DNA from: Basidiobolus meristosporus CBS 931.73
Taxonomy: Eukaryota; Fungi; Basidiobolomycota
Direction of reading: 5' to 3'
Length of the DNA: 42,964 nt
Assembly: GCA_002104905.1 (NCBI GenBank)
Contig: MCFE01000709.1
Span: forward strand, 1-42,964
Notes under the pieces: model-generated
Seen by the model: only the letters and a program-made list of their open reading frames with translations
What the model was told of the DNA's origin: nothing
Database searches by the model: none
Made by a program: the position numbers and the translations under genes
Shown: piece by piece, positions 13,428-24,219 of the stretch
Layout: each line of letters opens with the position of its first letter
Numbering within the stretch: the first letter of the stretch is position 1

Positions 13428-14985
13428 CTAAAGAATTTGCAAGATAGTACAGAGTATCTGTTACCCTAGGTACCTCTCATGGGCTCCAATCAATATTCAT
13501 ATGCATATTCAACAATACAAAAGAAAAGACTAGATGAACTGGATATTTATTTATTCAAGTGGTGTTCTGAGCCATTCCTACCAAGTGTACATTGGAAGCA
13601 TTGGGAGCCATATGTGGACATTGTAGGAATACCTATCCAGAAGCGGATTGCTAATGCCAACTTGATGCATCTACAGCTGTTGTGCAAAGAGTTTGCAACA
13701 GTATTAAGTCACTATACCATAAACATAAAGCTGAACATGTAGATCTCTGCCACTACTGTATCCATTCTTTACTCCACCTTGCCTGGTGTGTGGAGAATAT
13801 TGTACCTTGCTTCACCTTTTGGGAGTCTTCTATGGAGTGAATATGTGGGGAGATGAGAAAACAAGCCAAGTTGCATGTACTGCCATCTCCCAATCTCTTG
13901 AAGAATATTACCTTCAAGTCCATCATGGATATGATGAGTTGGCACATGTATTACAGCCAGGAAGAGTTGCAAAATATTGAGGGCAGCAGTGTGCATGGAG
14001 ACACCTATGCCTATAGCATTAAAAAGCTAAGTTGCCCCAATGCATGTGTAATCAGTTAAGTAATGCAAAGTTGGGTTGGGTGCAACAAGCAACTAATTTT
14101 TATCAGGAAAACTCTACCAAGGCATGCCAAATTCCTCTGGGTCACAAGCCAATTTCTACACCATTCAATACAGAGCTCTCATATACAAGAGCCAGAGTGC
14201 ACCTATAAGGGGAAATAGAATCCAGCAAGGAGAAGGAATATATTGGCTAAATACCAAAAAGTTCTTTGTGGATATTCAGGAGGTATTCATGGCAGAAGTG
14301 GTGGCAACCAAGCATATGTTTGCAAAATGTATATGTTACCAGCAATACAAGGTATGTGGCAACTTTGCAAGTATCACACTAAAAAGCCATAATGCTGAGG
14401 TGATAGAAGTATGTCAATTTCAGTAGGTATGCATGTTTGAAGAAGTTAGTAAGCAGGAGGCCATAGTAGTTTTTTGACTCAAGCTATATGTGGAATACCC
14501 TAGATAGTAGCAGGTAAGCAAATAAAGAGGGGTGATTCTACAGTGGAATATATGTATTATGCAAGGGGAGGTAGAAAAAGGAAAACCCATTTGGCAAATT
14601 GGTATGGTAGTATTATACATAACTAGCTGTAAACCACCATACTGTTGTGGTAATGCCATTAGAGGCTTGCAATGAGGCTGTCAAAACACTGGCAAGTTTT
14701 TTGTCATATTAGGCAATTGGATGTACTAGCAGGTTAGATCCACTCAAATAGTTGGAGAGCGCACTAAGACTGCAACAATACCTTGCCACCCTTGGTAAAA
14801 CACTGTTATGTTTTTTAACTTTATTTGGCAGTCAAATTAGCCATACACCATTGTGATTCCATTACAAGATTGTGTAGAGTGTCATTAATTCAAACTTGCT
14901 GGTATTACAATGGTCTTCTGATGGGATTCTGATGGCTGATCTGGATTGGATCCACTCATGGGACCAAATTATTTTTCATAGGGGA
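13428..14985 (+). mobile_element. CACTA transposon relic, copy C (C-terminal half plus 3' region), inverted relative to copies A and B
   Basis: Base-by-base similarity to the reverse complement of ~8990-10540. Example: gactagatgaactggatatttatttattcaagtggtgttctga vs gactggatgagctggatatgtatttattcaagtggtgttctga. Translates FLPSVHWKHWEPYVDIVGI and LPSPNLLKNITFKSIMDMMSWHM. Confidence 0.85.
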
Positions 14986-15973
14986 ATAGGGCTGGTAAAA
15001 GACAAGCAGGCTAAAACAGATGCATCAGTGCAGCATTCATCAAGTAAAAAGCATATGTCAATACATGAAGCTCTAAGTCAAAGTAGCTGTGAAGGGCAAC
15101 AGCTTTCCCAAAAGCCTGTCACCAGCAGTGCTGAAAGCTCAAAACAAGTGGCAAAGAAGTGTCAGGCTGCCAGGAGAGTGCCAGAAAGGGACAAGCAGGT
15201 AGAATCAAATGCACAGGTGCAGCATTTAACAAGCAGAAAATGCAGCACAATACAAGAAGCACTCATTTAAAGTAGCAGTGAAAAGCTTGGCAGTTATAAA
15301 GGTTAGGGTGAAGAGAAAAAAGTCTACTCAAGATGGAGGCAGGGAAGCATCAGAAAAAAGTGGCAGCTCTTGTTATGAATAGACACAAGGCAGGAGAGTA
15401 GAGCTAGACAAGGCAGGGCCAGGTAAGGACTTAGGTGTGGATCAACAGGGCAAGGTGGATTCCAAGGCAGGCTGTTTATTCAAGACCTGTGTTTATCAGA
15501 CTAAGGAATACATAAGGGGGGATAGAACTATATATACTTCTTGGCAATATGGATGCCAAGAGATAATGGCTAATACTGATGGGATTCTAGGGTGAGGCAA
15601 AGTAAATGTATTAAGATAGAAATATACTAAAGAACAGACTAGCACATCACATGGGGATATGCCAAGGGTCAGCTGATCATGTGACATGCAATTACCATAT
15701 ATGCTACTCAGCTACATAAATTCAAAGGGAAGCTTCCATATAATAATCTGTAGTATAATGTTGACTTGGAGCTTTCAAGAAGTTGCTAGAATGTAAAGCT
15801 TTCTATAAGGAACTGGGATTTCTTCACCAACTTGATTTGACCAGATCATGAAACGTCAAGGATGTCATATGATCATGACAGCTGTCACCAATCAACACTG
15901 TCAGCCTAAGACAGGCTGAATCCCACAGTAGCCAAGAAGAATTGCCAATAAGACAACAGCTATTTTGTAAAAG

Positions 15974-16550
15974 TTGGAAGTGCAGCCAGTTCAGCTACAC
16001 TCAAGTGAGGTAGATGAGTTTGCAGAGAAAGGCAATTTGTCTACCACAGCCTCAATTGTTCACAGAGTGGAGATACCACTGACAGATAAAGTATCAACAT
16101 CAAGAACTGGTAAAAGTATTGCAACACCTACAGTGGAATTTTGGAACATCAATAGGCACACCAGGAGGTTGCAGCACTTCTTCAAGAGCAATGCTCACAA
16201 AAACACACTTAAATATTGTAAGGATTTATTGCAAAGATTGGCATACAAGGCCCTAGATGTTGCAGTGCTGGCTGAAGACTAGGACACATGATGCCCAGTG
16301 AATGAATAATATCACAAAGCCATAGGATTCCCACTGAAGTTATGGAAAAAGGGCATTACAGCAGAAATACTTATTGAATGATGAACTTTGGTGGAGCTAC
16401 TAATTGAGTGTGGGGATGGGCTTAATGCTAGTGCTAGGTATAGGGACTTGTATAGGTCAGTACAGTTGGCAAATGAGTTAGAACTGAAGTTGGATGGAAA
16501 TAAACCAATTTGTTGTTGTAAAAATTTGTATTCCACCTAAATATTCACCT
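15974..16550 (+). pseudogene. Unknown multi-copy coding module, one frame with five internal stops
   Basis: ...EFWNINRHTRRLQHFFKSNAHKNTLKYCKDLLQRLAYKALDVAVLAED*DT*CPVNE*YHKAIGFPLKLWKKGITAEILIE**TLVELLIECGDGLNASARYRDLYRSVQLANELELKLDGNKP. Paralogues at ~6100-6420, ~12760-13330 and ~41830-42010. Confidence 0.65.
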
Positions 16551-18604
16551 AGCTTAGTCACTTAGATCATTACCTTCAAATCCAAGAGAATACTGACCAA
16601 ATTCCTTGTTGGGACTTACTTAGAATTTTTTCACCAAAATATCAGGTACCCAGAACATGAAAATTCTCAAAGTTGTCCAAACATCCCCAAACTTTGCACA
16701 CATGTTCTTGGGACCTTTTGTAGCCTATTCTGCATGATTGTAATGCCAAGATCATGTAAAAGTATAAATATTACTTTCACATTCAATTAATCATAAAGTG
16801 AAACCACATATTCTACTTGCCCTCCTAATCACTTCCAATATCTCCAAGACTCTTACAACATTTGTATGCATGAAAAGTAAGAGCATTGGTTGAGTCAGGG
16901 AGTATAGAGTGTGAATAGAGGCAACTAAAAATTAATGTACACAAATGTAAGAGGTAATTGAGTGTCCAGGATCAGAAAGAGAGAGAATTGGCAGAGAACC
17001 AATTAAAAGCAACTTATGAATTGTTGTGATGAAAACTTTGACCAAGTTTTTTGTGAAATCTGGGGTGCAATTTTTTTTACAGTCTTTGCATAGTGTCCTA
17101 ATGGGATCAATACCACCCAGTCATGGGATTTTAATTTTGTGACAGCTTTTTGACAGGATGATTGCAATTATTTTTCATAGGGGGCTTTTGCATGGTGTGC
17201 TGACAGCATCAATATCTCTTGGTCATATGATATAAATTTTGTTACAGCCTCTTGACAGGATCATTGCAACTCTCTTTCATGGGGCTAACATATGTCATTT
17301 GCTGTCACATGTTTGTGGTTGATCTCTAGCTGTAGTAATAAGCTGACACAAGACTAATTTATCACCTTTGATATATTGAAAATTACATAATTTGTTTGCT
17401 GTTACAAATAATACTGGTATGTCTACCTGAATCAGCAGTACAAGAATGCCAAGCAGTTATTCTGCATATGCCTGCATTTCTAGATCAATATTGGGCTGGA
17501 TATTGGTAAGCTTGCATTGGTATAAGCATGTGTCTGACTTTCAGTTGCCTCTATTTTGAGCAAATATGACCTATTCTGGTTAGCACAAGACTGTGCACTA
17601 AGTGATTGATCTAGAGTTTGACACCTATCTATAGCCAACTATTTCTCAGTGATCTCTGTACTGTAAACCTCTAAGGGTGACAATTTAGTGTATTCAGCTT
17701 GAAGTTCAAGACTGGAGCAGGTTGGGACAACTTGTTGGGAATTTTTTGAAGCATTAGATATAGAAGTGGTATCTATACCCTACCAGTTCATGGCAAGATA
17801 AGCATACAGAGTACATAAAGAGTCCCTAAGAGAAAAAACATGACCAAAGGCCTGCAGAATACCATGAGAATATTTGCTAAAATTTCCAGTGAGAGGCGTT
17901 GTACAACACGGATGCCGAGCATTGGAAGCCACCCACCAGAGACCCATCCGAATTTCAGACCGAGTAATGCGGGGGTATGGATGGTCCTGGCAGTCCGTCT
18001 TCGCAGATGCTGACGACGACCAAGACCTTGGCCAGGTTTGGTCCAGAAACAGCTTGTCATGGGGTTCGGTAGGGAGGGCACTATTGGAGAGATTTCGGGA
18101 GTGCCGGTGGGGGATATGGGAGAGCAGATGAAGTCTCGGACACTTTGTCGGAGGCTGATTGCCTCACCCTTGCCGAGTCAGCGATTAGGTTGCGCAATGG
18201 AGGCATCGGGGGATAGTTCGAGTATGTTGAGTACCACTGGCCTACGGCCCAATTCGAAGAAAGTGGCCGAAATCACGCATGAGACGTGATTGGGTGAGTC
18301 AGGTGGCGTTGATTGGAATGGTGGTGCCATCTCAACTGCCAATAGCCTTATCGGCAAGTTGGGTGATGGTGGATGGTTTCGGAGGTTGTGACAGCTTCCA
18401 AGTGGACTTCACTATGGTGACGGTCGGGGCCAGATTTGGAGAGATGATGGAACTTCAACTCGGAAGTGGTCCGTATGCTTACCTCTAGCGGTTGGAGAGG
18501 CCGATTGGTATGTAAAGAGATGTGGTATGCTGGTCACGCAGCCAAGCATATGTATCGAGCGTGTCCTCATCTGTGAGATGGATTTGGATGGGTTACTTGC
18601 TTCC

Positions 18605-18628
18605 CTAGGGTTAGGGTTAGGGTTAGGG
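18605..18628 (+). repeat. Interstitial telomere-type array CTAGGG(TTAGGG)3
   Basis: ctagggttagggttagggttaggg read directly. Confidence 0.85.
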
Positions 18629-18887
18629 ATATTGTTTACATAAATTTTACTTATTAGAGTTTGCGCTCAGCAAACTACTCTGTTGCTGGTACACAATTGA
18701 CTCAATCAGCCTACAAACTAATGGGAAAATTTGACCTAATAACATACAAGTATTGAAGGTAATAAAATCATTTGAAATGTATAAGACGCCACTCTGCTAA
18801 GGAATTGTGAGATATGGAACTAACAACTACATGGGATGTCGGTAGGTAAATGATGGGAACTAATGAAGCGAGAAGTGGTTTTGGAAT

Positions 18888-21800
18888 CTAGAATGAAGGA
18901 GGAGGTACAACTAGTACAGTTTCCTTCGTGGTCTGGACCTTTTCTGGATTTTGTTTGGCATTAGCGCCAGTGTCTTTGTTCGGTTGCTCGTTTAGTATGT
19001 TTCCACGAGCTTCGGAAGCAAGCTTTCGAATGTGGTCTCTGGCCTCTTCGAACTTCTTCTGGACATCCTCTGAGATGGCCGAGTGTTTGCTGTCGCTAAC
19101 CACTGAGGCGCTTGGGGCAGCGGCAGTGGTGGGCTTATTGTTAAGGCTTTGGACTCTCGAGTATAAGCTATTACCGGCCTCCTTAATGCTCTCCCAACTG
19201 CCACTGCTGACAGGCTGTGAAGCCGACAATACAACACTTCCTACCGATTGGGCCTTTTGGTTCAACTTTTGGTATTCCATGTTTGCGTTGTCGGATGCAC
19301 TTTGGGCTATCGACACAACAGACGATTTGCCCTGCTGGTAAGCACTTCCGGCTCCATGATATACAGAAGATCCATAGCCTGAAGCCGCTGTGGCAACACT
19401 TGAGATGACGCTGGACGCTTGGTTGTATGCGCTACCAGCTTGGTTTGAGGCAGATGAAGCTACACTCTGAGCAGCGGACTTTCCTTGATACACGGCATCT
19501 CCTAACTTCACAGATCCGGAAGATACGATGCTAGACAGTTTGGCAGTTCCCTGGTGATACGCAGCCGAAGTGACGCTGGCAGCGCCGGCAGCAGCGGTCT
19601 TGATACTTGCGCTAGCTTGGTTTACCATGACGGAACCTTTATTAGCACCCTGGGCAACAACTGAGGTAGCAGCAGTATATATACTTTGTGCCGCCTGGCT
19701 AGCACTGTTCAATTGCTCATTTCCAAGGCTTCCAACGGAGGCAGCAGCGGATGTTACGACTGATTGCGCGTTGCTGTAAGCATTCTGACCTGCTTGTTTG
19801 CCAGCTTGATAGTACTCACCAGCCTGCTTTTGGGCTTGAGATGCTTGTGAAGCAATAACTGAAGCGGCTGATTGAGCCACAGATTGAACGTTACTATAAG
19901 CACTTTGGCCGGCTTGACCACCTGCTTCATAGTACTTGTTAGCCTGTTGGCGGACTTCGGTTGCTTGTGATACAATGGCGGAGGTGGCTGCCTGGGCAGC
20001 GGTTTGCGCGTTGCTATATACACTTTGACCCGCTTGTTTGCCAGCCTTGTAATATTCACCAGCTTGCTGTTGGATATTTGTTGCTTGCGAAGCAATCACT
20101 GAGGTGGCTGCTTGAGCAGCAGTTTGGACATTGCTATATACACTCTGACCCGCTTGCTTGCCAGCCTCGTAATATTCACCAGCTTGCTTTTGAGCATTGG
20201 AGGCTTGAGAAGCCACGGCTGAGGTGATTGCTTGAGCGGCAGTTTGGGCATTGCTATAGATGCTCTGGCCTGCCTGTCTGCCAGCTTGATAATACTGACT
20301 AGCTTGCTTCTGCGCCACAGAAGCAGCAGATTGACCAGCGGTTTGAGCCCGACCATAGGCTTCTTGACCATAGGACTGGGCAATAGATGCATAGTCGCCT
20401 GCTTGGTCTTGTACAACGGAGGCGGCATATTGGGCTTGCGAAAAAACGATTTGTCCACCCTGTCTAGCAGCATCATATGCTTGATCGACAATACTCTGAA
20501 CGGGGGTAGCATAGGCTTTAGAGGCAGCTGACGCAGCAGAGTTCACATAAGAAAAGGCGATTTGACCACCCTCTTTAACAGCTTCGTTGACCCTACCAGC
20601 AGCGCTCTGAACAACTGGTGCTCCATAACCGTAGGCGTCATTAGCATAGCTGTAGACAGTAGGAGCAACCGATTGAGCATATTGATACGCATCTTGGCCG
20701 GCCTGTCTGGCAGCATCATAAGCTTGGCTGGCAGCGCTTTGAGCGTGAGGAGCTGCTTGGGAAGCAACAGAGGTGGCATATTGGTAGGCATTCTGGCCGG
20801 CCTGCTTGACATCAGGGGCGATTGAAGTAGCATAATTGTACACGTTGGAAGCGGCACCCTTAATGGCTTCTTTAACGGAAGCCTCTGCAGCATAAGAGGT
20901 AGCAGATTTGATGGCCTCACCAACTGGTTCGATGACCACTTTCTGCACCTTCCCTGGGACATCTTCAGGTATCATATTCGAAATCTTGGCAACAATCGGT
21001 GCAATGTGCTCATTGTAATGAGGAGCAACATAGGTTTGATAGTAAGGCGAGACGTATTTGCTGTAGCAATGATCGACCGCAGGTTTCAAGTTCTTGTTGT
21101 AGAGTTCGACGGCCTGATTCCATGCGTTGAGTACGGTTGGCTCGATGTTCTTGCGGTAGATGATTTGTGACTTTTCCCATCCTTCTTTGGCCGCGGGAAC
21201 AACTTTGGTGTGGTATACCTCCTTGCCTTTAGTCAATCCATCTTGGGTGAGTGGTACTATCTGGGTGTGGAACACCTCGATGCCTTTGACGTAACCTCTT
21301 TTGGCGAGTGGCACTACATGGTTGTTGTAGATTTCGACACCTTGGGTGAATCCTCTCTTACTTAGTGGAACGACATGGGTTTTGAATACCTCAGAACCTT
21401 TGACGAGGCCCTGCTTTGCCAATGGTACGGCATGTTGATGGTACACTTTGACTGCGCCATTCCATGCAGATTCAGCGTGAGGGGCAATAGCCTTATGGGC
21501 GGGCGAGTAGTAGTCTTTTAGGAACACCTTCCACTTGGGCTCGACGTAGGTACGGTAAGACTCATCAACTTGGGCTTGGGCTTTGAGAACATGTGGGTGT
21601 AAATATGCGTAGTACGATTGAGTTGCATGTTCGCCCAACTTCCGAACATGAGGCTTAGCGTGAGTGTGGTAGGTTACAACGCCTCTGTCCAACAGACTCA
21701 GCATAAATGGATGACCATGCTTAGTATACACCTCACGTGTCTGTTTAACGACAGGTTGGGCATATGAAGTATAGTAGTCATTGGCTTGGTCAACATAGGG

Positions 21801-22391
21801 GGCGAGCTTTTCTTGATAGTGTTCGTTGGCCTGTGCAACGTATGGCTTAGCATACTCCTCGTAGTTCTCCACAACAACAGGATGGATGTTCGAGTCATAG
21901 TATTCATAGGCATTATCCACGACAGGCTTTACATGAGGATGTAGAGTATCGTATAGCTGCAAAGCTTGTTTACAGAATGGCCCGGGGTTGGAACGATCTT
22001 CGGGGCAAATGGCGATGGCAGCATAAACAGCATAGACAAGAATTCCGTAGAAAACGGTCTTGATGATGGTGAACAGTCCGCTTCTCTTGGCTTTCTTACT
22101 ATGATGGACCTGTTTTGTTCCCTGCCGGTAACCAGGTTAGTATTACTGGATCGGAAAAAAATCGAAGAATCGGCATACTTTTTCGGCTAGGAGCGGCTCC
22201 GTGAGCACCTCCTCGCCAAGTTTTTCGTGAGCCAGGGCAAACGACGGAGGTGGCATCTCGTTTGTGGGAGAAGAGGTGGAGCCGTTAGGCTTATCTTTGG
22301 TGAAAGAAGAGCGTCAGTGCCTGTTGGTCGAAGGAAGGTCGGAAAAGGGTGGCTTACTTTTCTTGTGACTACTCTTGGTTTTCTTCGCCAT
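18888..22391 (-). CDS. ~1127-aa single-pass membrane/secretory-pathway repeat protein with SHE10-like architecture. Exons 22391-22358, 22294-22179, 22121-18888.
   Basis: ATG at 22391. Introns GTAAGC..CACTGAC..AAG (22357-22295, 63 nt) and GTATGC..TACTAAC..CAG (22178-22122, 57 nt) join in frame to the long ORF. Product: basic N-terminus MAKKTKSSHKK, hydrophobic LFTIIKTVFYGILVYAVYAAIAI, CPEDRSNPGPFC, Pro-punctuated Tyr/His helices, then an A/Q/S/Y-rich repeat region. The SHE10 likeness is from architecture only. Confidence 0.85.
19735..20312 (-). repeat. Five tandem 120-nt (40-aa) coding repeats, consensus QKQAGEYYxAGKQAGQSxYSNAQTAAQAATSxIASQAxxx
   Basis: Unit starts at 20312, 20192, 20072, 19952 and 19832. 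The last unit is partial. Confidence 0.9.
21084..21482 (-). repeat. Seven tandem 57-nt (19-aa) Pro-punctuated coding repeats
   Basis: PHAESAWNGAVKVYHQHAV / PLAKQGLVKGSEVFKTHVV / PLSKRGFTQGVEIYNNHVV / PLAKRGYVKGIEVFHTQIV / PLTQDGLTKGKEVYHTKVV / PAAKEGWEKSQIIYRKNIE / PTVLNAWNQAVELYNKNLK. Confidence 0.85.
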
Positions 22392-23857
22392 AGCAATATG
22401 TTAAGTCACCGGGTGTGTTCCTAAAGACTGAAGAGAGAGGAAGGTCAGAAATGGCGAGAAGCAAGCTGAGCTCAAAGAGGGAAGACATACTTGAGTGGGA
22501 GGGACGGGCCGTTAATAAACAAAGAAAAAATGAACAAGAAAACAATAAAGGTAGAAAGCAAGGAAATGTGCAGAAAAGATAAGAGCAGTGTTCGAGTTTA
22601 TAGTTGTCAGAGCCAGAGTGTGAACATCAATTTTAGGGAATGATGTAACACCTAACTCAGGGATGCAAATGGACTTTTTTTTCATATGTGATATGATATC
22701 GAGTGACTAGTTTTATGGCATTGGGAAATTGTATCGTGTTTCGTAGGCTTTGTTATCGGCAGTATTATTGTCATAAAATGAGCCAGATTCGTACACAACA
22801 CGTTGGGAAATACATAGTGAATCCAGAATCTGGCATGTTCATGATGATCGGATTTGGCATTGAATTTGTGGCAACGTCACTTCAATTTATGCTAGCGCTT
22901 GCTAAGATCGCATTGTCTATTGAATTGATGGAATACACTATATGAATATTTAAGTCTAGAATGAGGCACGATTTTAGCAGATAAATAGCGGCGATGACGT
23001 GGGGCATTGGAGAATCCTGCTATTGGTACCAATGATTTTGTGTAAGGGATCTAATGGTGTCAGTGATACAAATCATGAGGTTGTCAAAAATGGTATTTTT
23101 GCGATCATTAATCAACGAGTGCGAAGCAGCTCTCCTTGACCTCACGATGACGCCCCGCCTGAACCGCACCCATACCGAGGCAAGAAAGGCGAGGACTTTA
23201 CTGAGCACCAGGGCGAGCTCCGAGTAGTGGTTCGGCCATCGTTAGCCGCCAGAGCAGCCGGCCACACGTTGGGCGCTAGCCCACTTCTGATATCCACGCT
23301 TCCGCAAAATACCCCAATTAAGGGCGCAGAACGAAGTAGAGTGAATAACCGGATGCTATATGAATATTCTAGCTGACGCAATAGATGAGATAATATTATT
23401 TCTGGATTCGGGCTGTGTGTTGTCTGTCACTCGAAACCTACGCACTAACTGGATACGTCATCCGATATTGCTATTTTGGATACACACCAGGGATAGCCCC
23501 GTTCAACTTGCTCCGCTCATTAGGGATAGGCGGAGAGAATATGATAGCGTTCAAAGGATGTGTAAGCACCGTGGTTAGGGTGCAGTGCCACCAGCGCTGC
23601 GATGAGCCAATTCAACCTGACTTGTGCGCGAGGCCCCAGCAATCCATCCAATTTCAATTAGCCTCTGTAAAGTGCTGTCAGTCACCCTGATGCACTGTGA
23701 CTGGTCTGTTCATAATTTAGGGTTGGCCCAACACGTAATCTGTATCACAGGAGTTCTAAAACTGATGTAGATTAGTGCGGGAGCATATGAATGAATATTA
23801 AGCTTCTGACGCTACCTCGAGCTATTTTAGACAACAAACTAATCACCCGTTGCCACA

Positions 23858-23898
23858 ACCCTAACAGGCTTAACTTTTAACCCTAACCCTAGCCCTAG
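23858..23898 (+). promoter_or_regulatory. CCCTAA-type (telomere-like) motif cluster ~320 bp upstream of the phosphatase start codon
   Basis: aaccctaac...ttttaaccctaaccctagccctag. The regulatory role is inferred from position only. Confidence 0.4.
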
Positions 23899-24219
23899 TT
23901 TAGTTCTACATCGTGGTTTAAAGTTGCTTAAGCTCTATCTAATATTGGATATACTATTCCCAGACTGTGTTTGACTTCTTGAATATTGATCTGCCAATGG
24001 TATGGGCACGGGTTGGTGCTTGGCTTTTTGAATTCGCAGATGATCATCCCGAATCCATGATGGACCCAATCCGTAGACGCTCCACCACCTCCCTTTCGGT
24101 ACATATTTGCTGATTGGTTAGTATGGTAAACAGCGGGCTAAAGAGCGTCAAAGATGCGCTGCTACCAGAAGTGTATAAAACCAGTACCTGGTCCGTTGCC
24201 CGCCTGGCGAGTCGCATTA

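Noticed and set aside
5930-17880. Classical Neurospora-type (CpA to TpA) RIP
   Set aside because: CA and TG are abundant rather than depleted. The missing dinucleotide is CG.
17788-18600. CG-rich patch with several 70-97-aa ORFs and a minus-strand GTAAGC donor
   Set aside because: No consistent spliced frame or recognisable product could be built.
21960-21962. ORF-track start of the 1024-aa ORF
   Set aside because: It is a TTG inside exon 3. The frame is open upstream to a splice acceptor at 22122, and the spliced ATG is at 22391.
23100-23350. GC-rich patch with GTAAAGTCCTCG and GCGGGGCGTCATC on the minus strand, reminiscent of RNase MRP/P RNA, and a PYRGKKGEDF gag-like peptide on the plus strand
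   Set aside because: I found no complementary 3' P4 strand and no extended gag similarity. A covariance-model search (Rfam RNase_MRP and RNaseP_nuc) would be needed.
23858-23898. TAACCCTAA as a telomerase RNA template
   Set aside because: No pseudoknot or CR4/5-like structure could be supported, and similar motifs occur elsewhere in the window.
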